Assembly: GCA_963663235.2 (NCBI GenBank)
Contig: CAXXNO010000001.1
Location: 53,762-117,761, forward strand
DNA from: Dehalococcoidia bacterium
GTDB lineage: Bacteria; Chloroflexota; Dehalococcoidia; Bin125
Reading direction: 5' to 3'
Length of the DNA stretch: 64,000 nt
The position numbers and the translations under genes were made by a program. Below, in pieces: positions 19,136 to 27,127 of the stretch. Within the stretch, counting starts at the first letter, position 1. Every line of letters starts with the position of its first letter. The notes under the pieces are model-generated. The model had not been told where the DNA came from and ran no database searches. It was given only the letters and a program-made list of their open reading frames with translations.

Positions 19136-20170
19136 TCAGATCATGAGCGCAATCCCGCCGACCACCAGCAACGCGCCCACCAACAGCCACATCGTAATCC
19201 GCTCGCGCAAAAAGATCGCGGCCAGGATCATGCCGAACAGCGGCGACGTGGAGAACAGCACGGTGAACTCACCCGCGCTGATGTGCTGCACCGAGATCAC
19301 GATCAACAGCCCCAGCACCCCAGTCCCCAGGGCCCCCGAGACGGCGAGGGGAATGTGGCTATTCCGCGGCAGCGTCCACCGTCGGAGATCGGTGCCGGGC
19401 TGGGACATCGTCAGGACCAGCAAGAACAGGACGACGGCGGGCATCCGCACGGAGCTGGCGGCGGCGGCCTCGAATCCTTCGGAGGCGCTGCGCAGCCACA
19501 CCGTCGCCCCGCCCCACAGCATGCCCATGACGACCGCCAGCGCCAGCCCCACCGTCTGCGCCTGCGCGGTCGGGCGGCCCGCGCGGGCAGCCTTGTCGAG
19601 AATCGCTATCCGCGACGAGTGCGCCTCCGGCGGGCCGCTCCCTCCCGCGATCGGCGGGTCCCGGCGCAGCAGGGCACGCAAGCCTGAGAACCGTCCATCG
19701 CGTGTCCCCTCCACACGCTCCGCCGCTCCGTCCCGCGGCCGGCCGTAGATCGCGACCACGTAGACCCCCAACACCACCACCGCCGACCCCAGCCCGATCC
19801 GCCAGGTGACCTCGTCGCCGATCAAGATCGCGCCGAAGACGAAGGCGAACACCACCGTGCCGCCGGTGGTGATCATGAACGTGCGATTCAACCCGATCAG
19901 CGGGATCGTGATGGCGTACAGCGTCTGCGCCAAGCCGGTCGCCAGGAAGCCGGAGCCCGCCAGTTGCGCGATGTCTCCGGCGCTCATCCTCCCGTAGTCG
20001 GCGTCCGCCCCCAGCACAAAGGCGGCCGCAAAGAGGAAGAGCAGCGCCCAGAGGGCGCGCACGAGGCTGAGCGAAAACGGATCGATCCGCGACGCCTGAC
20101 TCGCGATCAGTGCGCTGGCCACCGCCCAGACGACGGCGGCTCCCAGGGCCGCGGCGATACCCACGCCCAT
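19136..20170 (-). CDS. DMT/EamA family transporter
   Basis: Two 5-TM EamA repeats; FLRERIT C-terminal motif. Confidence 0.9.
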   Translation of the reverse strand: MGVGIAAALGAAVVWAVASALIASQASRIDPFSLSLVRALWALLFLFAAAFVLGADADYGRMSAGDIAQLAGSGFLATGLAQTLYAITIPLIGLNRTFMITTGGTVVFAFVFGAILIGDEVTWRIGLGSAVVVLGVYVVAIYGRPRDGAAERVEGTRDGRFSGLRALLRRDPPIAGGSGPPEAHSSRIAILDKAARAGRPTAQAQTVGLALAVVMGMLWGGATVWLRSASEGFEAAAASSVRMPAVVLFLLVLTMSQPGTDLRRWTLPRNSHIPLAVSGALGTGVLGLLIVISVQHISAGEFTVLFSTSPLFGMILAAIFLRERITMWLLVGALLVVGGIALMI

Positions 20171-20320
20171 GCCAGACGCCCCGCTTCACTTCGGCGACGC
20201 CCTATCAGCGCCGCCGTCGTGAGCATCGTACGCAACAGCCGTGCGTCCGGGACGCCGTGTTACGGCTCGGTACCGAGGCGATGGGGCGGCCCCCGTCGCT
20301 CCGCCGAACCCTCCTGAGCC

Positions 20321-20605
20321 CTACGCCTGCGCGAAGAACTCTCGCAGCGCCTCCAAGGAGATGATCGGGTGTGTCTCGATGCGTCCGAGATCGCTGACCT
20401 CGTTCAAGAGGCCTGCGAGCTCTTCGGCCGAGTCGACGTTGAAGACAAAGAAGCCGCCGCGCGCATCGGCGAAGATCCCGCTCGTCTCCAGCTTCCCCGA
20501 CGCCTCCCACTCCCCCGTCTGCTCCCCGAACGTCTGCTGTGCCCGGACGATATCATCCGGTGAGATCGATGTCTCGAACGCCTCGATCCGCACGAAGATC
20601 CGCAT
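20321..20605 (-). CDS. Small muconolactone-isomerase/DUF3303-like dimeric alpha+beta barrel protein
   Basis: GKL..G..A..RGGFFVFNVDSAEEL..L....IETHP pattern; preceded by GGGAG. Confidence 0.7.
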   Translation of the reverse strand: MRIFVRIEAFETSISPDDIVRAQQTFGEQTGEWEASGKLETSGIFADARGGFFVFNVDSAEELAGLLNEVSDLGRIETHPIISLEALREFFAQA

Positions 20606-20856
20606 TGCGCCCCACTCCCTTTCAGTGCTGCCGCCGAAGGTTACGCCAGAGCATAGCCACCGTCACGCGCCGCCGGGGCGGGCACAGGAGGCGGAAGCAT
20701 TCTCCGTGGCCTTGCAACTCAGCGCGACCCGCGGGACCGGGCCGCTTCTCGTCCAGGCGTTCGACCGCTCCGTCGGCGCGGAGAGTTGGCGCTGGACGCC
20801 GACGCCTCCTAGCGATCCGCTACGCTCGTGCAGGCTCTCGCGCTCATGGAGGGTGG

Positions 20857-22125
20857 ATGCACCTTTCGTCTCTTCCTCTGCGCGCGCGCATCGCGCGCCG
20901 TTTCGCGCTCGTCGCGCTGCTGGCGCTGATCGTGTCGGCCACGGCGCCCGCCGACCTGCGAGCCCGGCAGGACGACGGCGATGCTGGCGCAACTCTCACC
21001 CTCAGCGACGGCGGCCAGTTCGTCTTCTGGAGCGCCGGAGATACCACCGTCTCGGCCGTCTTCCGCAGCGTCAAGATCGCTTGGCTCTTCGACGAGGGAA
21101 CATGGATCGCCTTCAACCCCATCCTCGGCTCTGTGGACTTCCCCATCTCCGACGGCACTGTCCTCTGGGTCGTCTCCGTCGGTCCCCAGACGATCAACAT
21201 CGGCGCGCCCGCGGAGGACACCGACGATGAAGCGCCCGCGGAGCCGCGCTGGCTCGTGCTCGCGTCGATCGCCGGTGGCCCCCGCCAGGAGACGGGGGGC
21301 GTCGCGTTGAACGGGGAGATCTACTTGATTGGCGGCTTCGACGCCGATAGCCGCGTCGTGGCCACCGTCGAAGCCTACGACCCGCAAACCGACCGCTGGC
21401 GCCGCACCGCCGACCTTCCGCTGCCGCTGCACCACGCCAACGTCGCCGTCGTGGACGGCGCGCTCTACGTCGTCGGCTTCCTCAGCGGCGGCGGCTTCAC
21501 CGCCGACGGCCGCGTCTTCGCCTACGACCCGGCCGCAGACGTCTGGACGACGAGAACGTCGATGCCGTCCGGAACCGAGCGGGGCGCGTCGGCCGTGGCC
21601 GTGGTGGACGGGAAGATCTACGTGGCCGGCGGCTTCCGCAACGCCGCCGTGCGCGATGTCTCCGCCTACGACCCCGCCACCGACACCTGGGAGATCCTCC
21701 CGGACCTCCCCGCGCCGCGCGATCACGTCGTCGGCGGCGCGATCGATGGCGTCATCTACGTCGCCGGCGGCCGCGACTCTTCCATCTTCGCCGTGAGCGG
21801 CGCCGTCTACGCGTTCGACCCGGCCGCCGGCCGCTGGCAGGAGCGCGCTTCGATGCCCACGCCCCGGGGCGGGGCCGCTGCGGCAGTGCTGGACGGCCGC
21901 CTCTACCTCTTCGGCGGCGAGGGCGACCGCAGCGTCGCCTCCGGCGTCTTCGATCAAACCGAGGCCTACGACCCGCTGACCGATCGCTGGGAGTCGCTGC
22001 CGCCCATGCCCACCCCCCGACACGGCACCGGCGCCGCCGCGCTCGACGGCCGCATCTACGTCCCCGGCGGCGCCGACGTCCAGGGCTTCGCCGCCGTCGA
22101 CACCAGCGAGGCGTTTGTTCCCTAG
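20857..22125 (+). CDS. Secreted Kelch-repeat beta-propeller protein with an N-terminal ~75-aa domain
   Basis: Signal-like hydrophobic N-terminus; six Kelch repeats (IYxxGG..YDPxxxxW). Confidence 0.9.
   Translation: MHLSSLPLRARIARRFALVALLALIVSATAPADLRARQDDGDAGATLTLSDGGQFVFWSAGDTTVSAVFRSVKIAWLFDEGTWIAFNPILGSVDFPISDGTVLWVVSVGPQTINIGAPAEDTDDEAPAEPRWLVLASIAGGPRQETGGVALNGEIYLIGGFDADSRVVATVEAYDPQTDRWRRTADLPLPLHHANVAVVDGALYVVGFLSGGGFTADGRVFAYDPAADVWTTRTSMPSGTERGASAVAVVDGKIYVAGGFRNAAVRDVSAYDPATDTWEILPDLPAPRDHVVGGAIDGVIYVAGGRDSSIFAVSGAVYAFDPAAGRWQERASMPTPRGGAAAAVLDGRLYLFGGEGDRSVASGVFDQTEAYDPLTDRWESLPPMPTPRHGTGAAALDGRIYVPGGADVQGFAAVDTSEAFVP
22061..22123 (+). repeat. Direct repeat copy 1 (3' end of the Kelch gene)
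   Basis: 60/63 identical to 22833-22895. Confidence 0.92.
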
Positions 22126-22145
22126 CGCGGATCGTCCTCGCCGCC

Positions 22146-22562
22146 CTACGCGGGCAACAACGTCAGCGCGTCGACGTGTCTGGGACGCATCATGCTGAAG
22201 TGGCGCCGGTCCAGCGTCGCGAGCTTCAGCTCGTTCAGCCGTTCCACCACGGCAAGCACGGCCGCATCGACGAAACCGATATCGGCATCGGCGTACCGAT
22301 CGCACAACTGGCGCACCCGCCGGTAATCGTCGGGCTCCAACTCCGCTACCACGTACGCCCCCGCCGCCACGTCATCGAGCAACGCCACGAGCACGCCGGC
22401 GTGCAGGCGGCGTCCGATCCAGTAATCCACCTCGACGATCACGGGCGCCGGGATGACCAGCGCCTCCGCCGCTCCCTCGATGAGCTCCCGGCAGGCCGCG
22501 TGGTCCGCGTCGCTGCGATCGAGCGAGGCGTAGAGAGGACCGGTATCCAGCACTAGCGCCAC
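22146..22562 (-). CDS. vapC: VapC PIN-domain toxin
   Basis: LDTG, VEVDY, FVDAAV and TLDRRHF PIN acidic residues. Confidence 0.93.
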   Translation of the reverse strand: MALVLDTGPLYASLDRSDADHAACRELIEGAAEALVIPAPVIVEVDYWIGRRLHAGVLVALLDDVAAGAYVVAELEPDDYRRVRQLCDRYADADIGFVDAAVLAVVERLNELKLATLDRRHFSMMRPRHVDALTLLPA

Positions 22563-22777
22563 GACCGCGGCTCCGGTCGCTCCTCCCCGACCCGCCGGGC
22601 GGTGTCGAGCCGGCCCGAAGCCCCGATGCCGAGGCTGCGAGGCCGGGGCCGGGCGCCGTGCGTCTTCTCCTCCAGCGCCTCACGGATCAGCGTGGCCATG
22701 GACGTGCGCCGTTCGGCTGCCAGCGCCCGCAGGCGCCTCAGCAGATCCTCGGGCAGCGAAATGGTGGTGCGCTCCAT
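22553..22777 (-). CDS. vapB: VapB ribbon-helix-helix antitoxin
   Basis: MERTTISLP..L..LA....SMATLIREAL; overlaps vapC; TATCAT 6 nt before ATG suggests a leaderless transcript. Confidence 0.9.
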   Translation of the reverse strand: MERTTISLPEDLLRRLRALAAERRTSMATLIREALEEKTHGARPRPRSLGIGASGRLDTARRVGEERPEPRSWR

Positions 22778-22832
22778 AGCATCATGATAGCAGCCGTAAC
22801 ATCATCTCCTTCCCCCCGCCCGCAGCCCCACA

Positions 22833-22895
22833 TCCCCGGCGGCGCCGACGTCCAGGGCTTCGATGCCGTCGACACCAGCGAGGCGTTCGTTCCCT
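22833..22895 (+). repeat. Direct repeat copy 2 (stranded Kelch gene 3' end)
   Basis: Encodes (I)PGGADVQGFDAVDTSEAFVP-stop, matching the Kelch C-terminus. Confidence 0.92.
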
Positions 22896-22980
22896 GACCG
22901 CAGCGGCGTCGCGCCTCGTCCCGCCTACGGATCGCCGCTGCTATCCTCGAAACAGCGACTCAAAACGGAGCGATCGCGGC

Positions 22981-25455
22981 ATGCCCAGCAACGATCAGGC
23001 GGCCATTCCGCCCTACCGCCCGCAAGAGATCGAGCCCAGGTGGCAGGGCCGCTGGGAGGCCGACGCCCTCTACCGCACCTCCGACGACGATCCCCGCCCC
23101 CGCTGGTACATGCTCACCATGTTCCCCTACACCAGCGGCGACCTGCACATCGGCCACTGGTATGCCATCGCGCCCTCGGACGTCGCCGCGCGCTACCAAC
23201 ACATGCGGGGCAACAACGTCCTCTTCCCCATCGGCTTCGACGCCTTCGGCCTGCCGGCGGAAAACGCCGCCATCAGCGAGAACATCCATCCCCACACCTG
23301 GACCTACCGCAACGTGGAGCGCATGCGCGCCCAGCTCCGCCGCATGGGCGCCTCCTTCGACTGGACCCGCGAGGTGATCACCTCCGACCCCGAGTACTAC
23401 AAGTGGACCCAGTGGTGGTTCCTGCAACTGTTCAAGCACAACCTCGCCTATCGCAAGCAGGCCCCCGCCAACTGGTGCCCCTCCTGCCAAACGGTGCTCG
23501 CCAACGAACAGGTGATCCGGCACGAAGGCGAGGCCGGCCGCTGCGAGCGCTGCGAGTCGGTGGTCGAGACCCGCGACCTGGAGCAGTGGTTCTTCCGCAT
23601 CACCAACTACGCCGATGAGCTACTCGACTTCAGCGCCATCGACTGGCCCGAGCGCATCGTCACCATGCAGAGCAACTGGATCGGCCGCTCCGAGGGGGCG
23701 GAGATCCACTTCCCCTTCGACGCGCCCGTCGCCGGCGTCGACCGCATCCGCTGCTTCACCACCCGCGCCGATACCGTCTTCGGCGTCACCTACCTGGTGC
23801 TCGCCCCGGAGCACCCGCTCGTCGAGCCGCTCACCGCCCCCGACCGGCGCGATGTGGTGCAGGAATACGTGCGCGCCGCCCGCGCCGCCACCGAGATCGA
23901 ACGGCAGTCCATCGTGCGCGTCAAGAGCGGCGTCTTCACCGGCGCCTCCGCCCGCCACCCCCTCACCAACCGGCTCCTGCCCATCTGGATCGCCGACTAC
24001 GTCCTGCCCTCCTACGGCACCGGCGCGGTCATGGGCGTGCCCGCCCACGACGTCCGCGACTTCGCCTTCGCGCGACAGTTCGATCTGCCCATCCCCACCG
24101 TAATCGCCCCGCCTGACTGGGACGGCGCCCCGCTGCCCGAGGCCTACGTCGGCGACGGCCGCATGGTCAACTCCGGCGACTTCGACGGTCTGTCGGTCAA
24201 GGAGGGCCAGGCCGCCGTGGCCGCCCGTTTGCAAGAGATGGATCGCGGCGGCCCTGACGTCAGTTACCGCCTCCGCGACTGGCTCATCAGCCGCCAGCGC
24301 TACTGGGGCGCCCCCATCCCCATCATCTACTGCGCCGCCTGCGCCATCGTCCCCGTGCCGGAGGAGGACCTGCCCGTGCTCCTGCCCGAGGACGCCGAGT
24401 TCCTGCCCACCGGCGAGTCGCCGCTGGCCGGGCATCCCACCTTCACCCAGGTCGCCTGTCCCCAGTGCGAGGCCCCCGCCCGTCGCGAGACGGACACCAT
24501 GGACACCTTCATGTGCTCCTCCTGGTACATGTTCCGCTACCTCGATCCCCACAACGACCGAGAGCCCGTCCGTCGGGACCTCGCCGAGAAGTGGCTCCCC
24601 GTCGACCAGTACACCGGCGGCGCCGAGCACGCCGTGATGCACCTGCTCTACGCCCGCTTCTTCACCAAGGCGGCCCGCGACATGGGCGTCCTACCAGTGG
24701 GGGAGCCGTTCGCCCGCCTCTTCAACCAGGGCATCATCCTCAAGGGCGGGCAGAAGATGTCCAAGAGCCGCGGCAACGTCGTGGCGCCCGATGTGTGGGT
24801 CGACAAACTCGGCGCCGACGCCGTCCGCCTCTACCTCATGTTCCTCGGCCCCTGGGACCAGGGCGGCGACTGGGACGACAGGAACATTCAGGGTCTCTCG
24901 CGCTGGCTCAACCGCGTCTGGACCCTGGTCCTCCGGCCGCCCGAGCGCGCGCCCTCAGAGGAGAGCGCCCGCACCATCCGACGCCTCACGCATCAGATGA
25001 TCCGCCGGGCCACGGAAGACGTGGAGCGCTTCCGCTTCAACACCATGCTGGCGGCGATGATGGAGTGCACCAACGCGCTGGCCCGCGAGCGCGACGCCGG
25101 CCCCGTCGACGGCGCCGCCTGGGACGAAGCCGTCCAGGCTCTAATCCTCTGTCTGGCCCCCTCCGCGCCGCACATCGCGGAAGAGCTCTGGCAGCGGCTC
25201 GGCCGGCCCTACTCCGTGCACCAGCAGGCCTGGCCCGCGTGGGATCCGGAACTGGCGGCCTCGGAAACGGTGACGCTGGTCGTGCAGGTCAACGGCAAGC
25301 TCCGCGACCGCCTCACCGTCGCCGTCGGCCTGCCGGAGTCGGAGGCCCGCGCTGCTGCGGAGGCGTCGGCGAACGTCGCCGCCCACCTCGCCGGCGCCGC
25401 CGTCCGCAAGGTCGTCTACATCCCCGACAAGCTGATCAACTTGGTGGTGGGCTAG
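22981..25455 (+). CDS. leuS: Leucine--tRNA ligase
   Basis: MFPYTSGDLHIGH, editing domain FTTRADT and GTGAVMGVPAHD, KMSKS. Confidence 0.98.
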   Translation: MPSNDQAAIPPYRPQEIEPRWQGRWEADALYRTSDDDPRPRWYMLTMFPYTSGDLHIGHWYAIAPSDVAARYQHMRGNNVLFPIGFDAFGLPAENAAISENIHPHTWTYRNVERMRAQLRRMGASFDWTREVITSDPEYYKWTQWWFLQLFKHNLAYRKQAPANWCPSCQTVLANEQVIRHEGEAGRCERCESVVETRDLEQWFFRITNYADELLDFSAIDWPERIVTMQSNWIGRSEGAEIHFPFDAPVAGVDRIRCFTTRADTVFGVTYLVLAPEHPLVEPLTAPDRRDVVQEYVRAARAATEIERQSIVRVKSGVFTGASARHPLTNRLLPIWIADYVLPSYGTGAVMGVPAHDVRDFAFARQFDLPIPTVIAPPDWDGAPLPEAYVGDGRMVNSGDFDGLSVKEGQAAVAARLQEMDRGGPDVSYRLRDWLISRQRYWGAPIPIIYCAACAIVPVPEEDLPVLLPEDAEFLPTGESPLAGHPTFTQVACPQCEAPARRETDTMDTFMCSSWYMFRYLDPHNDREPVRRDLAEKWLPVDQYTGGAEHAVMHLLYARFFTKAARDMGVLPVGEPFARLFNQGIILKGGQKMSKSRGNVVAPDVWVDKLGADAVRLYLMFLGPWDQGGDWDDRNIQGLSRWLNRVWTLVLRPPERAPSEESARTIRRLTHQMIRRATEDVERFRFNTMLAAMMECTNALARERDAGPVDGAAWDEAVQALILCLAPSAPHIAEELWQRLGRPYSVHQQAWPAWDPELAASETVTLVVQVNGKLRDRLTVAVGLPESEARAAAEASANVAAHLAGAAVRKVVYIPDKLINLVVG

Positions 25456-26045
25456 CCCGACGCGTCAGTATCGCGGCGCTGGTCGCGGATGCGGGCGTTC
25501 CGCGACTCCACCTCCCACTGCCCCTGCTCGCGCTCCAGCTTCTTATCCAGTTGCTCGATGCCCGCACGGATGCTGCTCAGCAGCGCCGCGAGCTGTTCCT
25601 CCAGCCGCCGCAGCACATCCAAGGAGTAGCGGTCCGCCTCAATCGCCTGCTCCACCGCTTGGCTGGTGGCGCTGCCCCGGATCGCCGCCGCTTCGTTGCG
25701 CGCATCCTCGGCGACTGTCTTCGCCTCCGTGGTCACCTGCGTCATGATCTCGGTCGCGCGGCGCTGGGCATGGCGCACCAGCTCGTGCCCGCTCAGTTGC
25801 GCCTCCGCCTCCCTTTTCGCCTGCGCGACGAGCAGCCGCCCCTCTTCCTCCGCTTCCTTCATCACCCGTTGGCGCTCTTGCAGCACGGCGCGCGCATCCG
25901 CGATCTCCGCCGGCACCGCGGCGCGGACCTGATCGATCAAATCGAGCAGCCGCTCCCGGTCCAGCACCATGCCACCCCGCAAGCGGGCCTTGCGGCTCGA
26001 GAGGAGCGTCTCCTCCAACTGATCGATCAACTCCAGGATGTCGAT
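25452..26045 (-). CDS. Conserved coiled-coil protein downstream of coaD (ATP synthase b/DivIVA-like)
   Basis: Helical A/E/R-rich protein; probable ATC start 8 nt after GAGGAG giving (M)DILELIDQLEE. Confidence 0.8.
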   Translation of the reverse strand: MDILELIDQLEETLLSSRKARLRGGMVLDRERLLDLIDQVRAAVPAEIADARAVLQERQRVMKEAEEEGRLLVAQAKREAEAQLSGHELVRHAQRRATEIMTQVTTEAKTVAEDARNEAAAIRGSATSQAVEQAIEADRYSLDVLRRLEEQLAALLSSIRAGIEQLDKKLEREQGQWEVESRNARIRDQRRDTDASG

Positions 26046-26075
26046 GACGGCAGCTCCTCGGCGCGACGCGGGCGC

Positions 26076-26561
26076 CTAGGCCGGGCGGCCCGGCCCCAGC
26101 TTGGTGCCCAGCGCCTTGGCGACGTGGGCCGGCACCAGGTCATCCACGGCCCGCCCCAGCCTCGCCAGTTCACGGATCCGGCTGGCCGAAATATACAGGT
26201 GCTCCAGGCTGGCCATCAGGTACACCGACTCGATCTCCGGCGCCATCTTCTGATTCATCAGCGCCATGTCGAACTCGGCTTCGAACCCCGTGACGGCGCG
26301 GATCCCCCGCACCAGCGCCGTCGACCCCACGGATCGCGCGAAGTCCACCACCAGCCCGTCGAACCGCGACACGCGCACGTTGGGGAACGCCCGCACCGCC
26401 TCCCGCAGCAACGCTTCGCGCTCATCGATTGCGAACAGCTGCTCGTCGCGCGCGTAAATGGCGACCACCAGCTCATCGAAGAGCGTCGACGCCCGCGACA
26501 CGATGTCCAAGTGCCCGTTCGTCACCGGGTCGAACCCCCCGGGATACACCGCGATGGTCAC
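26076..26561 (-). CDS. coaD: Phosphopantetheine adenylyltransferase
   Basis: YPGGFDPVTNGHLDI, RGIR and YISASRIRE motifs. Confidence 0.96.
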   Translation of the reverse strand: MTIAVYPGGFDPVTNGHLDIVSRASTLFDELVVAIYARDEQLFAIDEREALLREAVRAFPNVRVSRFDGLVVDFARSVGSTALVRGIRAVTGFEAEFDMALMNQKMAPEIESVYLMASLEHLYISASRIRELARLGRAVDDLVPAHVAKALGTKLGPGRPA

Positions 26562-27127
26562 GCTGCCCCCCCGACGCCGTACGTGTCCAGGACGCCGTCA
26601 CCGTAGCGACGCGTCTCCCTGCGTGCCAGCGCTCCCAGGCGCTCCGGCGCCGGCCGTTTCAGCGGGTGCCGCCAGAGCAGCAACCCCGTCTCCGCCAGGA
26701 TCTCGGCCTCCGCCAGCCGCTCCAGCGCCGTGACGGCATCCTCCTCGTAGGGTGGATCGGCGAAGCACAGCGCGTAGGGCCCGCGGAGCCGCGACAGAGC
26801 CCGGCCCACGTCCAGACAGAGCACCCGCGAGCGCTCCCGCCCCTCCACCACCTCGACGTTCCGACGGATGACCGCGCACGCCGCCCGCCCACGCTCCACG
26901 AAGTCTACCCACTGCGCTCCCCGGCTCAAAGCCTCGGCTCCCAGCAAGCCCGCCCCCGCGTACAGGTCCAGCACCCGCCCCTCGGTCACTGCCTGAACGT
27001 CTGGACGGTTGAAGATCGCGGCCCGCAACCGCGCCGTCGCCGGGCGGGTCCCCGGCGCGGCTCCATGCAGGTGGCGGCCCGCGTAGCGGCCGCCGGTGAG
27101 GCGAACGACCGGCCCCGCCGCGCTCAG
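26558..27127 (-). CDS. rsmD: 16S rRNA (guanine(966)-N2)-methyltransferase
   Basis: VRLTGGRYAGRHL..TRPAT..LRAAIFN, LDLYAGAG, EALSRGA, FADPPY and YGD motifs; the frame is open upstream of the tracked TTG, so the start is non-canonical. Confidence 0.9.
   Translation of the reverse strand: MSAAGPVVRLTGGRYAGRHLHGAAPGTRPATARLRAAIFNRPDVQAVTEGRVLDLYAGAGLLGAEALSRGAQWVDFVERGRAACAVIRRNVEVVEGRERSRVLCLDVGRALSRLRGPYALCFADPPYEEDAVTALERLAEAEILAETGLLLWRHPLKRPAPERLGALARRETRRYGDGVLDTYGVGGAA

Noticed and set aside
20258-22801. TGTTACGGCT at 20258 and in the vapB promoter, matching the loop of the three-copy element
   Set aside because: The match is limited to 10-12 bp with unrelated flanks and was noticed post hoc; it needs a genome-wide count before any claim.
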